A stretch of 64,000 nt of DNA from a virus, in IMG/VR virus record IMGVR_UViG_3300008114_003234, positions 1 to 64,000 of that record; one strand, written 5' to 3'. This document shows, piece after piece, positions 57,408 to 64,000 of the stretch. Under the pieces are notes generated by a model. The model had not been told where the DNA came from, made no database searches, and saw only the letters and a list, made by a program, of their open reading frames with translations. The translations under genes and the position numbers were made by a program. Position 1 is the stretch's first letter, and every line of letters starts with the position of its first letter.

Positions 57408-57920
57408 ATGTATAATATTGTAACAAGAGACTCACTTATTAATGAGATAAAAAAATCTAAGTACTACACGCAAAACTTAGGTCTTGTATCTACTTTAGAT
57501 CACAACGGTGAGAGGAAGTATAATGAAAAAGACAAGTTTGCATACTTCTATAACACAACCTACAAAACAAATATTGCCATGAAAGGTAATATTGGAAATA
57601 TACTAATCTATTTAGATTACTATGTTAACGAAGATGTTATCGCACTATATTATAACACTGAAGAATTTATATTTAATTGGGATGTTAAAGTAGTAAAAGA
57701 AAAGGGAGTAGATTTTTACTTAGGAAGTCTATTAAAAAAGGTAGAAACTGAGTATGAGGATAGAATTAAATCAGCTGAAGAAAAGAAGATTGAAATTAAG
57801 AAAGAAGGCAATGCAGAAAAACTGGTTGTCAATCCTGGAAATGTCACCTACGACGACTTAAAAGCGTATCTAGAACAAAAGAGCAAGAACAGGTATACTA
57901 ATTCAGAAAAGTCCTCATAA
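57408..57920 (+). CDS. Hypothetical protein
   Basis: Co-oriented ORF only. Confidence 0.55.
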   Translation: MYNIVTRDSLINEIKKSKYYTQNLGLVSTLDHNGERKYNEKDKFAYFYNTTYKTNIAMKGNIGNILIYLDYYVNEDVIALYYNTEEFIFNWDVKVVKEKGVDFYLGSLLKKVETEYEDRIKSAEEKKIEIKKEGNAEKLVVNPGNVTYDDLKAYLEQKSKNRYTNSEKSS

Positions 57921-58146
57921 AATAATTATAAATCTCACTTTTAGTTTCTTCATCAAAATCATCAAAATCAAATTGATAATCTAAATTATCAACAATTTTG
58001 TGTAAGTAAACTTTATTAGATTTTTTTCTCCACTCGATTGTATGAAACATAAGACCATTGGATAAAGGAATATCAACAACCACCTCGAATAGGTCAATTG
58101 CAAGCCACTTGATTATGGGGATTATTTCTTTCTTAAAGTCGGTCAT
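57898..58146 (-). CDS. Small hypothetical protein
   Basis: AATATATA 4 nt upstream of ATG. Confidence 0.55.
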   Translation of the reverse strand: MTDFKKEIIPIIKWLAIDLFEVVVDIPLSNGLMFHTIEWRKKSNKVYLHKIVDNLDYQFDFDDFDEETKSEIYNYFMRTFLN

Positions 58147-58287
58147 AAATTATATATTAAGTGAAAAAAACGAATCCAAAACAATATTTATTTATTTAAA
58201 ATAAAAAACGATTTTTTGAATTTTTATTTTTTATTAATAGATTTTATTCTAAAATTGATAAGAATATATAATAAAAAAACATTTGAG

Positions 58288-60921
58288 ATGAGAAGAAGAC
58301 TTATCACTTTACTAGTTTTATTATTTTTTAGTAATATAATACAATCTCAATGTTTCAATACCGACTTTGAGCTTGGTAATTTCACTGGATGGTCTGGAAG
58401 AAGAGGCTTTTGTTGTCCTATCACACTTCCGAATAACGGAATAACTAATGGTAGACAAACTATTATGACATCAGGAGTTGATCCCAACACCTGTGGAGGA
58501 CTTTCAACTGTCTATGATGGAAACTTCTCTGCTAGACTTGGCAATGATAATGTCGGAGCTGAAGCAGAAGGATTATACTACAATTTAAATGTAACTCCAC
58601 AAAATACACTAATAAGATATGCTTACGCTGTTGTTTTTGAAGATCCCGGTCATTTAGACGAAGAGCAACCTAGATTCTCATCAAGAGTCAGACTATCAAA
58701 TGGCCAAGTTATACAGTGCACAGATTATACAGTAACCGCTGCTTCAAATTTACCAAATTTCCAGTACTGTCCAAGTGTAGGATCCGATGGAACTCCACTG
58801 AATATTGCTTGGAGAGATTGGGCACTTGTAACAGTCGATCTAACCGCGTATATTGGACAAACAGTCACGATTGAGTTTGAGACAGGAGATTGTGATTTAG
58901 GAGGACACTTCGGGTATGCTTATATAGATTTTCTTGACTGTCAAACAACCCAAATTGATATAGATTATTGTATTAATGATACTAGTGCCACTTTAAATGC
59001 ACCTTCTGGATTTTCTAATTATCTTTGGTCAACTGGCGAAACAACTGAATCAATAACTGTAAATCCTAATTTATATACTACAATTTCTTGTCTAATTACC
59101 ACTCCTACTGGGTGTCAAGTAAATCTCTCTACAAATCTTCAACCTTCAATTCCTACTCCGATTTTTACCTATAATGATGATTGTTCAAATTCAATTCAAT
59201 TTACGAATACCTCTAACATATCAGGTGGTGATACTATTCAGAGTTTTTTCTGGACTTTTGGAGATGGGTCAACATCTAATCTTTTTAGCCCAAGCCATAT
59301 TTATACAAATCCAGGAAACTATGTAGTTACACTTTCTGTTGTTTCTTCAGATGGATGTACTGGACAATTTAGTAAGCAAATTACTATTTGGCCGACTCCG
59401 GTTTCTAATTTTAATTCTTTTAATGTGTGTCAAGATGATACTTCTTATTTTGTTAATACAAGTTCTCAATTTTCTGGATATACTAATAACTACACTTGGT
59501 TTTTTGGCGATGGCCAGACTTCTAACAATTTTTCACCTACTCACCTTTATCAAAATACAGGTGTGTACAATGTTCTATTAATAACTGAGATTAACGGTTC
59601 TAATTGTAGAGATACTATAGAAAAGACAATTACCGTTCAACCTAGACCAATTGTTAATTTTTTAGCAGATGATATTTGTCTTGGAGAAATTTCTAACTTT
59701 TACAATTTTTCTCAAGTTCCAAGTTGGTCACAGACAAATTCTTACCTATGGAACTTTGGATCACAAGGATGGCAGTCCACCAGTCAAAACTCTACTTTTA
59801 TTTACACAAGTCCCGGTCAATATAATGTCTCACTGAGTGTAACTTCTACTGATGGCATACTTACTTGCTCGTCAGAACAATTTGAAGTTGTGAATGTTTT
59901 TCCAGTTCCTCAAGTTTCTTTTGACAATAATGATACTTTTTGTGACTCAGAACTAGTACAATTTTTTAACGATAGTTACATAACAAGTGGACTAATTATA
60001 AACTATATCTGGAACTTCGGAGATAATACATTTAGTAATCAAGTAAACCCTACACATACATATGCCGGACCGGGTACATACCAAGTTAATTTACTCGCAA
60101 TCAGTAATAATGGTTGCCAAAGTGAGTCATCTTCTATTATTCAAGTTTTTCAAAATCCAATTTCAAATATTGAAAATCCTAACTTGAGTGGATGTGAAGA
60201 CTTTACAGCTTATTTCACTGACAACTCAGTTGGTAATATTTCTTTTTGGAATTGGAACTTCGGAGATGGTTATACATCGAATTCTGAAAATCCAATTCAT
60301 ATTTATACAAATCCAGGTCAGTACACTGTGACATTAAATGTCGCAACTAATAATGGATGTAGTTCAGAAAATAGAGACTCGATTCTTGTGACAGTATATC
60401 CAAGTCCGATATCATTTTTTTCAATTGAAAATACACAATTAGATGAATATAATAACACAATTAATTGTATCAATTTATCACAAGGTTCGAACTTCTATCT
60501 TTGGAGTTTTGGAGACGGACAGACTAGTAACTTGTTCGATCCAGAACACACTTATCAAGATTTTGGCCAATATACAATTAATCTTGTATGTAGAAATCAA
60601 TTTGGATGTCTAGACACATCTTTTAGATCAATAGAGATCAAGCCAGTTTTTACATTCTATATACCAAATGCATTTACACCCTCAGATGATAACGAAAATG
60701 AAGTATTTTTTGGAAAAGGAACAAACTATAAAAGTGTTACTATGCAAATATTTAATAGATGGGGCGTGAAGATATTTGAAGAAACTTCACAGAATCCCGT
60801 TTGGGATGGAACACTAAATGGTGTAGATTGTCAAATAGATGTATATGTATATCAATTTTTTGTGACCGATATCTTCAATAAAATTCATGTTTATAGAGGA
60901 AGAATTTCTCTTGTCAGATAA
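58288..60921 (+). CDS. Secreted PKD-repeat protein with T9SS type-B sorting domain
   Basis: Signal peptide MRRRLITLLVLLFFSNIIQSQ; about five PKD repeats (W.FGDG..S....P.H.Y..PG.Y.V.L); C-terminal YIPNAFTP...IFNRWG...WDG...GRISLVR. Confidence 0.9.
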   Translation: MRRRLITLLVLLFFSNIIQSQCFNTDFELGNFTGWSGRRGFCCPITLPNNGITNGRQTIMTSGVDPNTCGGLSTVYDGNFSARLGNDNVGAEAEGLYYNLNVTPQNTLIRYAYAVVFEDPGHLDEEQPRFSSRVRLSNGQVIQCTDYTVTAASNLPNFQYCPSVGSDGTPLNIAWRDWALVTVDLTAYIGQTVTIEFETGDCDLGGHFGYAYIDFLDCQTTQIDIDYCINDTSATLNAPSGFSNYLWSTGETTESITVNPNLYTTISCLITTPTGCQVNLSTNLQPSIPTPIFTYNDDCSNSIQFTNTSNISGGDTIQSFFWTFGDGSTSNLFSPSHIYTNPGNYVVTLSVVSSDGCTGQFSKQITIWPTPVSNFNSFNVCQDDTSYFVNTSSQFSGYTNNYTWFFGDGQTSNNFSPTHLYQNTGVYNVLLITEINGSNCRDTIEKTITVQPRPIVNFLADDICLGEISNFYNFSQVPSWSQTNSYLWNFGSQGWQSTSQNSTFIYTSPGQYNVSLSVTSTDGILTCSSEQFEVVNVFPVPQVSFDNNDTFCDSELVQFFNDSYITSGLIINYIWNFGDNTFSNQVNPTHTYAGPGTYQVNLLAISNNGCQSESSSIIQVFQNPISNIENPNLSGCEDFTAYFTDNSVGNISFWNWNFGDGYTSNSENPIHIYTNPGQYTVTLNVATNNGCSSENRDSILVTVYPSPISFFSIENTQLDEYNNTINCINLSQGSNFYLWSFGDGQTSNLFDPEHTYQDFGQYTINLVCRNQFGCLDTSFRSIEIKPVFTFYIPNAFTPSDDNENEVFFGKGTNYKSVTMQIFNRWGVKIFEETSQNPVWDGTLNGVDCQIDVYVYQFFVTDIFNKIHVYRGRISLVR

Positions 60922-61040
60922 GATGTCAAAACTGACATTTTGTCAATAATTTTCTTTAAAGTCAAATCAGTGAATAAACTTTTTATGCCATCTTACATAT
61001 AATTGAATAATTTGTGAGAAAATTTAACATAAATAAATTT

Positions 61041-61055
61041 TGGCACAAGAATTGA
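61041..61055 (+). promoter_or_regulatory. Sigma54-like -24/-12 promoter upstream of dnaK
   Basis: TGGCAC-AAGAA-TTGA versus consensus TGGCAC-N5-TTGC, 27 nt before ATG. Confidence 0.6.
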
Positions 61056-61082
61056 AAAGTATAAATCAAAAATAAAAATAAT

Positions 61083-62963
61083 ATGGCAAAAAAAGATGTA
61101 ATTTTAGGAATTGATCTTGGAACCACAAACTCAGCGGTAGCTGTTGTTGAAAATGGTGAACCAATTATCATCAGTAATTCAGAGGGAAAACGTACAACTC
61201 CATCAGTTGTCGGATTCACAGACAAAGACAGAAAAATTGGAGATCCTGCAAAAAGACAAGCAGTGACCAATCCAACAAAAACAGTTTACTCAATTAAGAG
61301 ATTTATTGGAAAAGATTTCAATAACTGTAAAGATGAAGTTAAGCGAGTACCTTATAAAGTAGTATCTACCGACTCAAATGTTCCGGCAGTTGAAGTAGAT
61401 GATAGAAAATATACCCCTCAAGAAATTTCAGCTATGATTCTTCAGAAAATGAAGAAAACCGCCGAAGACTATCTTGGATTTGAGGTAAAAAGAGCGGTTA
61501 TTACTGTACCAGCTTACTTCGGAGACGCCGAAAGAACCGCTACCATCGAAGCCGGCAAAATCGCTGGACTTGAAGTAGAACGTATCATCAACGAACCAAC
61601 AGCTGCGGCTTTGGCATATGGTCTAGACAAGAAAAATAAAGACGCTAAAATCCTAGTATTTGACTGCGGCGGTGGTACACATGATGTATCAGTTCTTGAA
61701 ATCGGAGATGGTGTATTTGAAGTTAAATCTACTGATGGTGATGTTCATCTTGGTGGTGACGACTTTGATAACGCGATTATTAACTGGATGGTTGATGAAT
61801 TCAAATCAGAAAACTCTATGGATCTTTCTAAAGATCCTATGGCTCTTCAAAGATTGAAAGAGGCCGCAGAAAAGGCTAAAATTGAACTAAGTTCTACAAC
61901 AGAGAGCGAAATCAATCTTCCGTATATTACCGCTAAGGATGGTATGCCACTTCACTTTGTAAAGAAACTTACACGTTCAAAGTTTGATCAATTGACTTCA
62001 TCACTTGTTGATAGAGCAATTGAATGTGCAAAAACAGCCTTGAAAAAAGCAAACATTAAATCTGCAGACATTGATGAAATTATCTTAGTTGGCGGATCTA
62101 CACGTATTCTATCAATTCAAGAAGCTATTGAAAAGAACTTCGGTAAAAAACCAAACAAATCGGTTAATCCTGACGAAGTTGTAGCAATTGGAGCAGCAAT
62201 TCAAGGAGCAGTTTTGACTGGTAATATTACTGATGTACTCCTTCTCGACGTAACTCCACTTTCACTTGGAATTGAAACTATGGGTGGTGTTTTTACAAAA
62301 TTGATTGAGGCCAACACAACAATCCCAACTCGTAAATCAGAGGTTTTCTCAACTGCATCTGATAACCAACCATCTGTAGAAATTCACGTACTTCAAGGCG
62401 AAAGACCAATGTCTCGTGATAACCGATCACTTGGTCGATTCCACCTAGATGGTATCATGTCAGCTCCTCGTGGTGTTCCAAAGATTGAGTGTACAATTGA
62501 TATCGACGCTAACGGTATTCTTTCAGTAACTGCAAAAGATCAGGCAACTGGTAAAGAGAATAAAATCAGAATTGAAGGTGGGTCACAGCTTTCTAAAGAA
62601 GAAATCGAAAGAATGAAAGCAGATGCTGAAGCAAATGCTGAATCCGATAGAATCGAAAAGGAAAAAATTGATAAGCTTAATCAGGCAGATAATATTATTT
62701 TTCAAACTGAAAAACAAATGTCAGAGTTTGGAGAAAAGTTGACTGATGAAGATAAGTCAGAATTAAATTCTGTTTTGGATGAACTAAAAACTGCACATAA
62801 AGAACAGAATTTAGAGTTAATTGACCAACAAATGACTAAATTGAATGAAGTTTGGAGTAAAATTTCTACTAAACTTTACTCACAAACTCAGACTGAAGAA
62901 CCAGTGAGTCAAAATCCACAGGAACAGGCAGCAGAAGACGTAGCTTTTGAAGAAGTAAAATAA
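61083..62963 (+). CDS. dnaK: Chaperone DnaK (Hsp70)
   Basis: [53 protein letters not shown]; full length. Confidence 0.97.
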   Translation: MAKKDVILGIDLGTTNSAVAVVENGEPIIISNSEGKRTTPSVVGFTDKDRKIGDPAKRQAVTNPTKTVYSIKRFIGKDFNNCKDEVKRVPYKVVSTDSNVPAVEVDDRKYTPQEISAMILQKMKKTAEDYLGFEVKRAVITVPAYFGDAERTATIEAGKIAGLEVERIINEPTAAALAYGLDKKNKDAKILVFDCGGGTHDVSVLEIGDGVFEVKSTDGDVHLGGDDFDNAIINWMVDEFKSENSMDLSKDPMALQRLKEAAEKAKIELSSTTESEINLPYITAKDGMPLHFVKKLTRSKFDQLTSSLVDRAIECAKTALKKANIKSADIDEIILVGGSTRILSIQEAIEKNFGKKPNKSVNPDEVVAIGAAIQGAVLTGNITDVLLLDVTPLSLGIETMGGVFTKLIEANTTIPTRKSEVFSTASDNQPSVEIHVLQGERPMSRDNRSLGRFHLDGIMSAPRGVPKIECTIDIDANGILSVTAKDQATGKENKIRIEGGSQLSKEEIERMKADAEANAESDRIEKEKIDKLNQADNIIFQTEKQMSEFGEKLTDEDKSELNSVLDELKTAHKEQNLELIDQQMTKLNEVWSKISTKLYSQTQTEEPVSQNPQEQAAEDVAFEEVK

Positions 62964-62971
62964 AAACAAAA

Positions 62972-63346
62972 ATGCTTAGATTTTTATCTTTGTTATTTTT
63001 TCTATTTGTGTCAGTGACTGGTGAAAGCCAGTCACTGATTTCAGATAGACTTGTCTATGATTTTGGTGAAGTAAAATATGGAGAAGATATTTCATCAACT
63101 TTCACTTTAAAAAACACATCAGATACTACTATTGTAATATTTCAGTGTAAACCTAGTGGTAGTATTGTAAGTGTGAATTGTCCAATTTTAGAAATTGAAC
63201 CAGATAAAACTACTAGTCTAGTTGTTAAATACGACACTAAAAAAGAAGGACCAATTAACAAATCTATTACTATTGATTATTTCTGTAGAACTGAAGAATT
63301 CTTAATATTGAGAATCAGAGGAGTGGTTTTAATGAAAGATAATTAG
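62972..63346 (+). CDS. DUF1573-like exported Ig-like protein
   Basis: Signal peptide; YDFGEV..GE....F..KN, C..P..IEP, V.YDTK.EG..NK.I. Confidence 0.7.
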   Translation: MLRFLSLLFFLFVSVTGESQSLISDRLVYDFGEVKYGEDISSTFTLKNTSDTTIVIFQCKPSGSIVSVNCPILEIEPDKTTSLVVKYDTKKEGPINKSITIDYFCRTEEFLILRIRGVVLMKDN

Positions 63347-64000
63347 TCTTCGTCCTCAATCCATAATTCATTATAATCTCCGCTTGTCGAAAGAAGTTCC
63401 CATTTTGCATTTATAGTTCTCGCTTGATTACTTAATTCACCAGTGACTGGATTAAAGAAAGAAAGTGAGTCTAAATATGGAAACTCTTCATCCCATTTTT
63501 GTAAATCAACTATAAATTTAGCGGGTTTTAATTCACCACCTCTTTCAACTTTAAATTCGTTACTTGAGTCTTGTCTTTGTTTAGTCCACCAATTGTTTTC
63601 TTGAGCAAACTTTTTAAATAAATCCACATCACTATCATTATTTGTATAGATTCTATCTAAGAATTTATCTCCACTTCTAGTGGTCCAAAGAATTGCTCTT
63701 CCAACAATTTTATTTGATTTGTATTTCCCATCTTTTACTTCACCACCATCTGCATATAGTACAAGAAGTTTACAAGATTCTGGATTATTCACATATATGT
63801 AGAAAGTACTTTCAGGTCTCTCAGCCATACAAGAGTTGGCAAGTGTGCCTTTATTTTGATCAGCATAGTTTTCGATTTTATAAAATCTAGCAATATCATC
63901 ACCTTCAACAACATCAAATTTCTTAAATGCGTCTTTCATAATCTCCATAAGAGATTTGTATTCATTTACAAACTTTTCAATTTCTGAATCTGAAACATCA
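63343..64000 (-). CDS. Conserved-looking phage hypothetical protein (5'-truncated)
   Basis: Frame stays open to the window end (..DSEIEKFVNEYKSLME..); GTLANSCM, GRAILW, FLDRIY, FPYLDS motifs; family not assigned. Confidence 0.55.
   Translation of the reverse strand, partial: DVSDSEIEKFVNEYKSLMEIMKDAFKKFDVVEGDDIARFYKIENYADQNKGTLANSCMAERPESTFYIYVNNPESCKLLVLYADGGEVKDGKYKSNKIVGRAILWTTRSGDKFLDRIYTNNDSDVDLFKKFAQENNWWTKQRQDSSNEFKVERGGELKPAKFIVDLQKWDEEFPYLDSLSFFNPVTGELSNQARTINAKWELLSTSGDYNELWIEDED

Noticed and set aside
58216-58287. TTG start extension of the PKD gene
   Set aside because: ATG 58288 begins a clean signal peptide and has AATATATA upstream.
1-64000. Stop-codon reassignment as in some jumbo phages
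   Set aside because: Conserved genes are uninterrupted in code 11, and TAA, TAG (14672, 18783) and TGA (12486) all end genes at sensible points.

Overview
AT-rich, gene-dense segment of what is most likely a jumbo dsDNA phage infecting a Bacteroidota host. Phage evidence: T4-like split type IIA topoisomerase, T4 RNase H-like flap nuclease, collagen and beta-helix fibre genes, many short orphans and no ribosomal or core housekeeping operons. Host evidence: TTG-N19/21-TATATTTG promoters, two T9SS type-B C-terminal-domain genes and a DUF1573-like gene. Layout: 1-18.8 kb fibre/adhesin genes; 18.8-23 kb SET methyltransferase, PAPS synthesis, sulfotransferase and glycosyltransferase; 23-39 kb accessory genes (two Dam-like MTases, purN, AAA ATPase plus VWA/metalloprotease, 2H phosphoesterase, half of a tRNA-Leu with half of a group I intron); 39.5-44.8 kb two more collagen fibre genes; 46-51 kb topoisomerase II; 53-64 kb rnh, nusG, dCMP deaminase, PKD/T9SS protein, dnaK. 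Strongest oddities: (1) the topoisomerase A subunit is fractured by a naturally split intein with a free-standing Vsr-like nuclease gene between the halves; (2) an orphan 3' half of a group I intron joined to the 3' exon of tRNA-Leu(UAA), with no 5' half in the window; (3) a small promoter-to-U-tract unit that folds into a three-fold-symmetric RNA junction; (4) a shared C-terminal R-x-x-[KQ]-[IL]-x-x-[LI]-[LI] motif and a shared N-terminal MKxLKxF(x)E motif across otherwise unrelated proteins; (5) a candidate virion glycosylation/sulfation/methylation module next to the fibres. All family calls are by-eye motif recognition; no database search was run.
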